From positions 55,738,001 to 55,802,000 of the forward strand of contig OZ024748.1 in the NCBI GenBank assembly GCA_964016885.1: a DNA stretch of 64,000 nt. The letters are read 5' to 3'. Shown here one piece after another: positions 16,566 to 29,640 of this stretch; the first letter of the stretch is position 1, and each line of letters starts with the position of its first letter. Source of the DNA: Eledone cirrhosa (taxonomy: Eukaryota). The translations under genes and the position numbers were made by a program. Under the pieces are notes generated by a model. The model ran no database searches. It was given only the letters and a program-made list of their open reading frames with translations, and was not told the DNA's origin.

Positions 16566-16882
16566 AATCAATGTACACTGAGGATGAAAAACTGAGAGCT
16601 GTATGGGAGCATCCCAAAAGCAGCTCAAAAGTGATACAGAGGAGACTGAGGTTAGCTGGACATGCTCACCGACATCCAGAGTTGACATTACACTCAGTTC
16701 TCCTTTGGGAGCCCCTACATGGACACACTAGAAGAGGAAGACCAAGGTTAACGTATGTAGATGCCCTAAGGACAGACACTGGTCTGTTGGAGACGCAGGA
16801 CATGGCAGCGATAATGAGGGACAGAGACCGCTGGAGAGAACTCGTCCATGGATCTCGGGAATTTTACCCGCCTTAGATGTAG
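16566..16882 (+). pseudogene. RTE-clade LINE 3' terminal fragment
   Basis: ELYGSIPK/SSKVIQRRLRLAGHAHRHPE...LLWEPLHG..RRGRPRLTYVDAL..DTGL...MRDRDRWR*. In an intact element this would directly follow the adjacent minus-strand piece. Confidence 0.85.
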
Positions 16883-17807
16883 AGATATATATATATAATG
16901 TGTGTGTGTGTGCGTGTGTGTTTGTATTATATGTATATATATATGTGTGTGTGTGTGTGTACACATACGTGTGTGTGTGTATATGTGTGTATGTGTACAC
17001 ATACGTGTGTGTGTATATATGTGTGTGTGTGTGTGTGTGCGTGCGTGTGTATGTATATATATGTGTGTGTGTGTATTTTAGTTGATGTAATAAAGATAGT
17101 GTAAAAGAATGATATGTAGTGATGTGGTGTACCGTGAGACAATTTTTACGAAAATTGACACTTCAGTGGAAAGCTAATCATATTTACTAGTGTAAATGTA
17201 AAGCTTTATATCTTTCAGTATTGAAATAACAAAAGAAATCTGTTGACGCATTTAGCAAAGCAGAATGAAAGGGGTTGGTTTGAGCTTTAACGAATAATTG
17301 TAACTTTCTTGGCATTTTCACTTTTAGATTGCTTACGTCATCACGATGAATGCCCGGCTGGAACAAAGTAATTATGTACGAGGTGTTTTAATGAAATATA
17401 TAGTTTAATATGTAAATCATCCAGCTGAAAATATTATATATATTTTGTATATGCGTATCATTACAATTATTCATTTTATTAAATATTCCCGCCTATGTTA
17501 TGTTTCGAAGGGTTTGCTCAGCAATGGCTCTAAATTTCACTATTCATGTCGCTGTTTACGTACACTATTCCAAATGACCATTTGCTCCGCGTTGGATTCG
17601 ACCACAGGCATTTCAAATGAACACCCAGCTCTTGAATTAATGTATAGATGACGTAAGAGTTCAGATGTCTATAAATTTCTAAGTATCGGTTAAATCTCAA
17701 CCATATTCATTTTATACGGCTACCCATAAAGTGATTCCCACAAACGAGTTAGCCTAATAAATTATGTGAGATGGACAGACATTTGAATTAGAGCTAAAAT
17801 ATTTCCA

Positions 17808-17960
17808 ACGGGCTTCCACAGAATTTCTGGCCAGCAAATTTCTCTCATAATGCTTGGGTTAACTCCAGGATTTGATAAAGTCATTTGCCCAGAAATCACC
17901 GCAGAGGGATCCAATCCTTAACCTCGCGATCATGCTTGCGCCCACATTGCTTTAAATACA
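17808..17960 (-). mobile_element. Old degenerate tRNA-SINE of a different family
   Basis: GGCTTCCACA.A.TTTC...CAAATT.CTCA.AA.GCTT.GGT..AC.CCAGG...CATTTGCCCA resembles a SINE body. Recognised by eye only. Confidence 0.45.
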
Positions 17961-18091
17961 TGATTGGTGTCATGAAAACACTCAAGAATAAGATAAGGTA
18001 GAACAACAAGTGTGGAAATATGTCTAGTATAAAGCTGATTAGTATTGAAAAAAAAAACAATACATAGCATATAGACATTATATATTGTCCT

Positions 18092-18470
18092 GGTTGGAGA
18101 TTGACAGTATCGGTAGAAGGTCGGACGCCATGGTTTGCAGCATAGAATTACGACTCTTTGTAGTCTGAGTTCAAATCCCGCCGAGATTCATTTTTCTTTC
18201 ATCCTTACCGGGTCGATAAAATAAAGTACCAGCAATGTACTGGCCTTGTGCCAAAAGTAGAAACAATTATATGTTGTCCTGGTGGATTGGCAGTATCGGT
18301 AGAGGGTCGGACGACATGATGTGCAGCATAGAGTTACGACCCTTTATGGTCTGAGTTCAAATCCCGCCGAGGTTAACTTTGCTTTTTACTCTTACAGGGT
18401 CGATAAAATATAACACCAGTAATACACTGGGATAATTGATGGCCTTGTGCCAAAGGTAGAAACAATTATA
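18092..18470 (+). mobile_element. Two head-to-tail SINE copies (major family)
   Basis: Copies at 18092-18268 and 18282-18467, each bounded by an ATTATAT(A/G)TT(G/A)TCCT repeat. Confidence 0.85.
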
Positions 18471-18870
18471 TATTATCCTTTTGTGATAATACATTGTATA
18501 GATTAGAATTTGACAAATCCTACGAGTTTTCGGGGTATTGCTCTCTCATCAAAAAACATTTAATAGTGAGTGGTAGGAGATAATAAAAGCGATGGTTTTT
18601 CACCCTAACATGACATATGGTGTTTTGGGTGTTCAAAGAACCAAAAAGATGAAAAAAGCTTGGTATTTATGCTCCATACATTTCACAAGATCCTGATGTT
18701 GTATCAGGAAAATCATATAGATTCTTGTTGATAGCTAAAGCTCATGAAAATAAGTTATAAATATAATAGTTTTATAGCATCACACTCGTGTTATTGCTGG
18801 TAACTGAACGAAAAAACCTGATCCGGAGAAGTATACTTTAATATTATATATTTAAAAAGGGCCCCAGCCG

Positions 18871-18901
<31 letters not shown>

Positions 18902-18915
18902 CGAGATTTAACCAG

Positions 18916-18958
<43 letters not shown>

Positions 18959-18973
18959 GAGATTTAACCAGCT

Positions 18974-19010
<37 letters not shown>

Positions 19011-19946
19011 GCACACACACACACACGAGATTTAACCATCTTAGGAGGTAGATAACCAAGAAGCTGCATCATAAAGTATCAACTCGGAATTAAAATGTTC
19101 CACCTAGATTTAAACAGCAATCCAAAACTTTTAAAAGGAACAAAAGCTACTTGATGTTCAGTTGGGTGTCTAAATGGATGTATATACAGTTTTTTAATCG
19201 ACGAATGAATATATATATATAATTATCTTTTATAGTAAAGGTGTATTGCATGTCGTGTAAAATATCATGCTGGAAAGGTATATCAAAGGTTTGTGTGTGA
19301 AAAAAGAACAACAGAGAGAGAGAGTGTATTAGTGGAGTTGACAGAAACGTCGAATTTTCTTTTATCTCCGGTGCTTGTGGAAAGCGGATGTAATTCTGAT
19401 GTTTAATATAAGGTGATCAGAAACCATAGCTTTTCCACGAGGTCAACAGGTATAGGTTATTAGCTTATATATATTCAAAATATATATGATTACTCATTGG
19501 CAACATGTGATAGGATTATTCTTTAAAAAACATTTTTAAGATATATACATTTTGCCGCTGAGACTATGATCAACCTAATTCAGTTTTTAGATCGCAAGTA
19601 TATTAATGAATATAATTAATTTCAAGGTAATGTATTCATGGCTTAATTACATATAGCATCACCTATTATCTTATGATTCTGTACAATTACAGCGTAGATT
19701 TTTTTTCTAATTAGTGCGTGACAATATTTTTTCGTCAAAAGTCATGCGAATATATTGATAAATACGTATAAAGGCACATGAAAATATTCACATACAGAGA
19801 CACGTATGAACAGCAGTTGTAATCATAAACATATACCAACACACATGTACATATATATTCGCGCCCGAAATACATACGCACGTACACACGCATATGTACA
19901 AACACAAGCACTAAAGCGCGTATATACACACGCAAACAAACAAACT

Positions 19947-20010
<64 letters not shown>

Positions 20011-20210
20011 CTTTTAGGATATTATACATTCAAACAAATTTATTTGCTGGTGAATCATAAACATATACAAGATATAATACAGCTTTAACCAACACACTCT
20101 TCTGTTTTTGTCATTTCCTTTTGAGGCATATGTCAGCGTATAAAAGTGTGTATATATGAACACGTAGAATACAGATGACTATATATACATATATATACAT
20201 ACATACATAA

Positions 20211-20259
<49 letters not shown>

Positions 20260-20329
20260 AACACATGTATATATAACTAAATATATATATATATATATAT
20301 ATATATACAAACACGCATGTATATATAAC

Positions 20330-20401
<72 letters not shown>

Positions 20402-20645
20402 ATGTGCGTGTGTGTGCATAAGTAATTAGGAAATCTCTTGTGTTTACAAATTAGAGGAAAGTACTAATTACATGGAGTATTTATAGATGTTTTCCCCTTC
20501 AAGCCGAAACATCAATAGTTACAAGTATTAGTTATACGTTTCCGATCCTCAGGCAAGATTTTCACCCCATCACTCATCCTCTCTGTCTCGCTCTCCCCCT
20601 CTTTAACACATACATACACACACATAACCACACCCCTCTCTCTCT

Positions 20646-20892
<247 letters not shown>

Positions 20893-20894
20893 TT

Positions 20895-20962
<68 letters not shown>

Positions 20963-21009
20963 ACATATACATACATACATGTATACATCCATCTATCCAT
21001 ACACATAAT

Positions 21010-21110
<101 letters not shown>

Positions 21111-21129
21111 GTTTATATATATGTGTGTG

Positions 21130-21165
<36 letters not shown>

Positions 21166-21766
21166 CGTATACACACATATATACAAGAAAGAGAGTTACA
21201 GTGTCAAGCACACATTAATACACATATGCATATTAGGAATTAATATATTAATATATTTAGACATCTCTAATACCGCACTAATGAGAAAAACATATTATGT
21301 TGTGTATAAGGGAATATATTCTAAAACATGTTAATCAGAATGTTAACACGTGTTTCCAAATGATGTTCTGAGTATGTTGTATTATTCTCTTATTCAAACT
21401 TAATGTATATGTTTATGTATGCGTATATGTATATGTTTGCATGTACATGTGTTTATACGTAAGTATCTATATGAATATATATATATGTATTTATATGTAA
21501 GTATATATATATATATATATGTGTGTGTATGAATATGTGTATATATATATATGTGTGTGTGTGTGTGTATGAATATGTGTATATATATATATATATATAT
21601 ATGTGCGTGTGTGTGTGTATGAATATATTTATATATATGTGTGCGCGTGTGTGTGTGTGAATATGTATATATATATGCCTGTGTGTGTATAAATATCTCT
21701 CTCTATATATATATGTGTGTGTGTATAAATATCTAATATATATATATATTTCTATATATATATATA

Positions 21767-21974
21767 AAACAAAGGAGGTGTGGTAAGGAACCAGATGGAC
21801 CATAACGCGCTAGAGTACTCAATACTTAGGGTAGTAGAGTGGGTAATAGGAAAAAGTTTGACCCCGACAGCAGAGCTCAAGCCGTTTCGACGGCTATTTC
21901 TGGACTACAATTCTATTTTAGATCAACAATAGCCGTCGAAACGGCTTGAGCTCTGCCGTCGGGGTCATATTTTT

Positions 21975-21978
<4 letters not shown>
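21767..21978 (-). mobile_element. Family A fold-back element
   Basis: Tail plus about 40-bp inverted repeat GACCCCGAC.GCAGAGCTCAAGCCGTTTCGACGGCTATT / AATAGCCGTCGAAACGGCTTGAGCTCTGCCGTCGGGGTC. Flanked by (TA)n. Confidence 0.8.
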
Positions 21979-22016
<38 letters not shown>

Positions 22017-23964
22017 TTTAGTACAGCATTGACAAAGCTTTACTATACGGCCAAGCTAGCGTATATGCATAATCGGTCGGTAGCTTTAGCACTCGGATGA
22101 GGTAAGACCCCAGAGTAATAACATTACGTTCAGACAGCTTAGCAAATCAGATATAGCAGTCGGCAGTCCAACCGCATTGCCAGAGCAACGAAAATACATG
22201 ACCCAGGAAAAAAAATATATATAGATGTCTATCTCTCGCTCTTTCTCTCTCTATATATATATAGATGTCTATATATTTATATATATACATCTATGCGTAT
22301 ATGTATGACGTTGTGAGAAGCAGGTGCATCTGCAAGACAAAATATGTTTACATGTTCCATAATTTAATTTCAGTCTATAATTAATGTTTTACACTCCATA
22401 TTACGAGCACCAGATAAAGTGATCTAGATATGTTCACCTAGCTACTGCATAACCTAAATAAATCTCCCCCATTGAGTCGATAGATAATGAACAGTGATAT
22501 GAAATCGTGGCAATTTAATATTGGCTCGTCTTATTCCATTACCATTTAACATACCCTATTGATAGAACCTTCAATATTGCTAATCTTTAGTTTAACTCAC
22601 ACAAACAGTTTCTTGTTGGACCAATCAAACGGCAAGCATTAGGAATAACAGTTCGAATAAATGTTACACAAATATGTGGGATAAATTGTCATTTAAATAT
22701 CTTTGAACATTCCTCATAAATTCATTGTGATGAAGTTAACTGTTAATAATAGAAGACTGGACCACTGCTGTTTTATGTGTATGGGAATTCTTGTGAATCT
22801 TTTGAAACACCTATCAATAATATAAACCCTAATGTCCTGTTCAGAAATGACTTCAGTAAAGAAAAACGTCCTTTTAGATTTACTAATAACAAAAGCAACA
22901 CAAAACTCGAAAGTAATATATATTTCAAACAAACAGACACTGTCTCGTGAAAATACCTCCGTTTCACATATCGTCATCCAGAATATACCCGTATTAATAA
23001 TAGACTTAATTTAAGTAGGTGAATCCGCGCAATGGTCTCAGACTCTACACAAATAGACAACCGACTAGAAGAAATGAAGAAAATGTGTATCAAGGGAAAA
23101 TATCCTACTAACCGTAAGACATTTTGCAGGAACTCCGAGAGTCAAAATAAAAAAAAACGATTATACTACACAGTGCAACTTTTAAAACAAAACAATACCA
23201 TACTACGCACAAGTACTCTTAAATCTAGCTTTCATACCAAAGTATAACAAATTTATGTGACAGAGATTTCAAATTATATGAAGTAAAGGAGAGTAAACGT
23301 GAACAAAAAAGATATTGAAGAATTCAAAAGTGCAAGCAAATTGTACAGTATGAAACTAACAATTAGAAGTCAACAAACTTCATTCCAAAGATAGATCCAT
23401 TTTCTAAATTAAAAAGGAGTGTTCGTGAAACTCATACAATTTTTCTTCTTCTATGCTCGCTTATTCCTGGGAGTATCAGTCGGATACAGTGTTTAAACAC
23501 TAGCAAATGTCTGTAATTGATCTGGCTCGATCCCCAAGCAAGACCAACTGAGCTCATGAATGTTATCCAACCATTTTGTGTCCACAGCGATTTCTTCCCG
23601 AGAAATTCTAACCAAAATCCCGTGGTATCGCAGATGTGATCTCACAATTCGGAGAAGTTGCAGCTTTACCTGGAGTAATTCTCAGATCTTCGAGCTACGC
23701 ATTCTATCAAGTAATGTTCAGATGCTTGTATAGCATCCGTAAATGTGTCCATGAAGGGTGACAGTCAATGAATAATTCTGAAACCCGAAAAAGCATGACA
23801 ATACACCATCATCAATATAGGGAACCACAAAGCAGAAAAAAATCATCTGTCAATATATACAGGGCTGCAGACCAACAAGCCTTGACATAATTCGATGATA
23901 AACGCTTCTATAAATGTAGTTATTAGATTTCAGAACAACACACACATAATCATACACACATGAA

Positions 23965-24019
<55 letters not shown>

Positions 24020-24137
24020 CTATATGTATATATATATATATAAAAAACATAAGAATACTGCGTGGTTGCACATGGGTTACATATGATAAAAATAGTCCCT
24101 CATCAGTGATTTTCCAACCTTCATTGGTATTTCATCG

Positions 24138-24175
<38 letters not shown>

Positions 24176-24313
24176 AGTTATATATATATATGTGTGTATG
24201 TGTAGTTATATATATATATATATATATATGTGTGTATGTGTAGTTATATATATTTATATATATATGTGTATGTGTGTGTGTAGTTATATATATATGTGTG
24301 TGTGTGTGTGTAG

Positions 24314-24392
<79 letters not shown>

Positions 24393-24674
24393 TATGTGTA
24401 TATATATATAAGTACATATATGTTTGTGTATGCGGATGAAACGCTGGAACAATATCCCACCTAACCACAGAGAGTGCTTCAAAAGAAAATTTCTAAAATA
24501 GTTTGCGAATCTCATAAATCTTATATCTACTTTGCATGTACGGTTAAGTAGGTAGGTAGTTAGTCAGCTGTCTATATTAATATGGTTTGATATACGCATG
24601 TAAGTATCTCTTCTGTCGGATGCCTACAGCAAAACATTCACAGTCATACATATTCCAGCATATAAGGACGTGTA

Positions 24675-24734
<60 letters not shown>

Positions 24735-24762
24735 CATATATGTGTGTGTTTGTGTGTGTAGA

Positions 24763-24836
<74 letters not shown>

Positions 24837-25464
24837 TATGTAAATATTGATTCATATATTTATATATATGTATATATATGAGAGAGAGACACACACACGT
24901 ATGTATGTAGATATAGATTCATATATATATATATATATATATATGTATGAGAGACACACACACACGCACACATACACAAACAACCATACACACACTTTAA
25001 TATACAGGGTTTCATACATCTAAACATGTATGTTGCATTTTCTTTCTTTCTTTTGCTTATCTACACATTTCTTCTCTCACCCGAACATTATCTCTTTTCT
25101 TAAACTTTCTTTCGATGAAAATCTGACGTCCAAAACGCATTTTCCGACGATATTACACAATGAAATAATGCATGTTATCAACACAAACAGATACACATTT
25201 GTGTGTATGCATAAATATACATATGTATGAGGGCTGTGCCTCTGTTGTGTTTCTGTATATGACTGTGTGATTTTAGACAAGACCTTATGTGTTTTATATT
25301 ATGTTCTGGTAAATCTCTGTCTTGTTTGTTTCAACTATCATAATTCAACTCGAGCCACCCCAACATCGGTATATCTTTACATAAATAAATATAGGCACAC
25401 ACACGTACACTGACACACACACACACACGTACACACACACACACACGTACACACACACACACAT

Positions 25465-25509
<45 letters not shown>

Positions 25510-25552
25510 TATCTATATATATATACACACACATATATATATATATATACAT

Positions 25553-25816
25553 AGGAAATAGGAAAAAGTATGACCCCGACGGCAGAGCTCAAGACGTTTC
25601 GACGGCTATTTCTGGACTAAATTTAGTCATACTTTTTCCAATTTCCCTCTCTACTACCCTAAGTATTGAGTACTCTGGTGCGTTATGGTCCATCTGGTTC
25701 CTTACCACAAATCCCTTGATATATATATATGTTTATATATAATAGGTATATATATAATAAGTATTGAGTACTTTGGTGCGTTATGGTCCACCTGGTTCCT
25801 TACCACATTTCCTTCG

Positions 25817-25817
<1 letters not shown>
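25553..25817 (+). mobile_element. Family A element with duplicated 3' tail
   Basis: Tail AAGTATTGAGTACT..GGTGCGTTATGGTCCA.CTGGTTCCTTACCAC occurs twice, at about 25661 and 25759. Confidence 0.75.
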
Positions 25818-25853
<36 letters not shown>

Positions 25854-25860
<7 letters not shown>

Positions 25861-26102
25861 GTCGTAAAAACGAAAGTTATGAAAATTGATTTACTTACTA
25901 AAATTTCACTCCAACTAATTAGTTTCTGTAAGGGGATAAATACAGTTATGTAATACCTGTAGAGAAGCCTTACGTCATCAGGGAGTCTAACTCAGCTAAG
26001 TTTTAGTAAGTAAGTCAATTTTCATAACTTTCCTATTTACGTCTTTCATATAATTGTTCTGCAATCCCCTGCATAGAACTACAAAGTTACTAAGACAAAA
26101 CA
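25854..26102. mobile_element. Family H fold-back element
   Basis: About 53-bp inverted repeats at 25854-25906 and 25998-26050 enclose a hammerhead. Homologous to 37040-37183. Confidence 0.75.
25908..25986 (-). ncRNA. Type I hammerhead ribozyme with long loop II (family H)
   Basis: Reverse strand: ACTCC-CTGATGA-CGTAAGG-[long loop]-CCTTACA-GAAA-CTAATTAG-TT-GGAGT. Confidence 0.7.
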
Positions 26103-26524
26103 TATATATCTGCTAGCATAGGTATGCATCTGTATACATATGTCGGTAGATATAATAATTTTTATATATATATATATATATAGGAAGAAGGTTCAGTAAA
26201 TCCGAAGAAAACTGGTTATTGATCCAAATAGAGCACCCGTTTTTTGTTGTGTTAGCCCTGTTCTGAGGATCAGGCAGACTTGGTGTCCGGTCTAGGGGTA
26301 CCCTCCCAGGTGACATTTGTAACGAGGATTGAGCTATAAATCTCCGATGTAACATCTCTCTTTTGTTCTTACACACACACACACACACGCACACGCACAC
26401 GCACACACACACATATGTACATATATATATGTACATATATATATATATATATATATATGTACATATATATATATATGTACATATATATATATATGTACAT
26501 ATATATATATATATATATATGTAC

Positions 26525-26555
<31 letters not shown>

Positions 26556-26574
26556 TATATATATATATATGTAC

Positions 26575-26605
<31 letters not shown>

Positions 26606-26691
26606 TATATATATATATATATATATGTACATATATATATATATAAAATAAAATAAATAAGTCAAATGTTTAAAATTTAGCTTCGTTTATT

Positions 26692-26746
26692 ACTGCTATA
26701 TATATTTCGGTGGCAGCCATCTTTGGCTGTGACCTCTTCAGACAGT
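26692..26746 (-). ncRNA. Minimal type I hammerhead ribozyme (family B, left arm)
   Basis: Reverse strand: ACTGT-CTGAAGA-GGTCACAGCCA-AAGA-TGGCTGCCACC-GAAA-TATATA-TA-GCAGT. Confidence 0.8.
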
Positions 26747-26969
26747 CTGAATTAGTGTGGTATAGACAAGTACATATGTTGTTGAGGTGTATAACTTTGT
26801 CAATACTCTGATATGCCCAGTTCCTGGTTGGGTTGTTATTTCACTGAGGAACATATGATTCCAGTTCCTCAGTGAAATAACAACCCAACCAGGAACTGGG
26901 CATATCAGAGTATTGACAAGGTTATACACCTCAACAACATATGTACTTGTATATACCACACTAATTCGA

Positions 26970-27024
26970 ACTGCCTGAAGAGGTCACAGCCAAAGATGGC
27001 TGTCACCGAAATATATATAGCAGT
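26970..27024 (+). ncRNA. Minimal type I hammerhead ribozyme (family B, right arm)
   Basis: ACTGC-CTGAAGA-GGTCACAGCCA-AAGA-TGGCTGTCACC-GAAA-TATATA-TA-GCAGT. Complete core, 5-bp stem I, 10 of 11 bp in stem II, palindromic stem III, AUA site with predicted cut after 27019. Confidence 0.85.
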
Positions 27025-27168
27025 AATAAACGAAGCTAAATTTTAAACATTTGATTTATTTATTTTATTTTACTTAACATTACTCCGGAGTAACCAAACC
27101 AACCTGCGCACTTCGTCGAGTGCTCCAATATGCAAACTGAGGTGTTGGTATACAACCAACATATACTC

Positions 27169-27246
<78 letters not shown>

Positions 27247-27308
27247 AGTGCGTGTGTGTTGGTGTATCCATAACACGCAAATGCATTTAATTGTCCGATC
27301 GCTGATAA

Positions 27309-28612
27309 CACCGTGTAACAAAAACATTGTTTTACTCTGTTCCTGGCTTGTAATCACTTTTTTGTGTTGTCCCAAATAAATAAAAAAAAGTGCTATGAAA
27401 CAGTTAAAAGTTTGGGTTTGTAAAAATTCTAAGCTATTCACTAGAATTATTTGTATGCTGGATTTTACATTGTATGTAAGTTTAATTTGCTTATGTTAAA
27501 TGATTTTTTAATATGTTTCAGGTTAAATTAAAATTATAAAATAAAAGTAATACCTAATGAAAATTATGAAAGTGCAATAACGTATAAAATTGTTAAAAGG
27601 TCGATTCAAGAGATTTATTGATACTGGGGTACCAGAAAGAGTTCCTCACTTCCCAAACCAAAAAGAAGTCAATGACTTGGCCAGGGATATGGGTCTGACA
27701 TAGTCCAATGCAGAAATATTCGTCTTCAGGATGAAGCAGTGGAACTTGGTCAAGGAGGAAGTGCAGGTGACAAGTCAGAGAAGTCGACACGAACCTTTCT
27801 CAGGCTTTTACACTCTTAGGGATGGCCTCTGCTTCTGCCATGACATGCCCGGACTGTTTGACGTTATTGGGGTGCCGTTTGTGCCCAAGTAGTGGCGGCT
27901 ATTTATAGACAGCTCCACCACAAGTTTGAAGGCTGTCCTCCTCCATAATGGAAACAAGTTCCCGACACTGCCCCTAGCTCATTCAGTCTGCCTGAAGTAA
28001 GATTACTACAGTGTGAAAGTCCTCTTGGAAGCTCTGCAATACAACCAGTACAATTGGGAAATCATTGGAGACTTCAAGATGGTGGCTTTCCTGCTTGTAT
28101 TCCAAGGAGGCTTTATCAAATTCCAATGCTTCCTCTGCCTTTGGGACAGCAGAACCACCTCTGACCACTACACGAGAAAGAACTGAGAGCAGCTAACAGA
28201 ATTTGTAGTTGGGACCCGGAACGTCGTGTGGGAGCCACTGATTGATCCCAGAATTGTGCTCATGCCGCCACTGCACCTTAAGTTGGGGTTGATGAAGCAG
28301 TTTCTGAAGGCTCTCAACCAAGAATCAGCCGCGTTTAAGTACCTTCTTGAGTTCTTCCCCAAGTTATCTGAGGCCAAAATCAAAGGTGGAATTGTTATTG
28401 GACGTCAGATAAAGAAGGTGTTTGAGTCTACCGAGTTCTCCAATAAGCTCAATAGGATTGAGAAAACAGCATGGAACTGTTTCAAGGCAGTTGTTAAGGG
28501 CTTCCTGGGCAACTACAGAGCTGAAAACTACCAGCAACTGGTGCAGGATTTGATAAAGGAATTTGGCGCCATGGGATGCATTGTGTCACTTAAACTCCAT
28601 ATGCTGGACGGT
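27309..28612 (+). mobile_element. Chapaev3-type (CMC) DNA transposon, left end plus internal fragment
   Basis: Starts TAA|CACCGTGTAACAAAAA, consistent with a CAC terminus and TWA target. Followed by a transposase pseudogene. No right end seen. Confidence 0.7.
27602..28612 (+). pseudogene. Chapaev3-type transposase pseudogene
   Basis: One frame with at least 4 stops: PHFPNQKEVNDLARD..WRLFIDSS..SLKAVLLHNGN..IGDFKMV..CFLCLWDSR..PPLHLKLGLMKQFLKAL..SEAKIKGG..FLGN..SLKLHML. Confidence 0.85.
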
Positions 28613-28711
28613 TACCTTTTGTATTAAATGTTCTGCAAACATTGCTTTTCTGCTGCTTCTATTACTATTGTTATACGAGATGTTAATGCCGAGGAATATT
28701 TTATGTACATG

Positions 28712-29005
<294 letters not shown>

Positions 29006-29460
29006 ATATATATATATATATATCGTTAACCTAATATATTCCTTCCATATACTGTACTGATTGTGTTGTTATTTCTGTTTACGTTTTGCACACACACACG
29101 CACACACGCACACGCACACGCACACGCACACGCCGTATACAATGAAATGGCAGATACCCTTTTAAAGTTTTTGCTGTTTTGTTCAGTCACATAAAAACAC
29201 TGTATTGAAAATATTGTGCATTTATTCTGAGATTCCGATAATATATACTAGTAGTTATCTATGGAATAGTTGTCATCGATTATTACCCTAATATTCTAAA
29301 TAGATGGCGTTCAGTAGAATAATCAGCATCATGTAGTATTACTTTCATATTTCATGCCACCGATGTGTGGAACTGCAGCATATTGTAGATTTTCCTCCCT
29401 TGGAATATTTGCGAAGACAGAAAGAGTGGGTGAGGTGGATATATATATATATACATATAT

Positions 29461-29640
29461 ACCGAAGGAGGTGTGGTAAGGAACCAGGTGGACCATAACG
29501 CACCAGGGTACTCAATATTTAGTGTAGTAGAGTGGGTAATAGGAAATTGTTCAATACCCCGACGGCAGAGCTCAAGCCGTTTTGACAGCTATTTCTGTAC
29601 AGCTTGAGCTCTGCCGTCGGGGTCTTGAACAATTTCCTAT
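29461..29640 (-). mobile_element. Family A fold-back element
   Basis: Tail plus inverted repeat ATAGGAAATTGTTCAA.ACCCCGACGGCAGAGCTCAAGC. Confidence 0.8.

Larger units (their letters stand above)
26644..27172 (+). mobile_element. Family B: about 430-bp near-perfect palindrome plus 100-bp unique tail
   Basis: Arms 26644-26852 and 26864-27071. The tail ends at (TC)n. Second copy at 45568-45912. Confidence 0.85.

Noticed and set aside
18901-19043. Repeat-spacer pattern resembling CRISPR
   Set aside because: Only three 19-bp repeats, the spacers are microsatellites, the context is eukaryotic and there are no cas genes.
21860-21968. Family A as a classical MITE or as a carrier of a complete hammerhead
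   Set aside because: The inverted repeat covers only one end with a long asymmetric tail, so it is not a TIR pair. No CUGAnGA is present in any of the eight copies, and subtype A2 lacks a UH after GAAACGGCCG.
26738-26959. 73-aa ORF across the family B palindrome (similar cases at 34285-34524 and 45741-46064)
   Set aside because: It is a by-product of inverted-repeat sequence with no protein motif.
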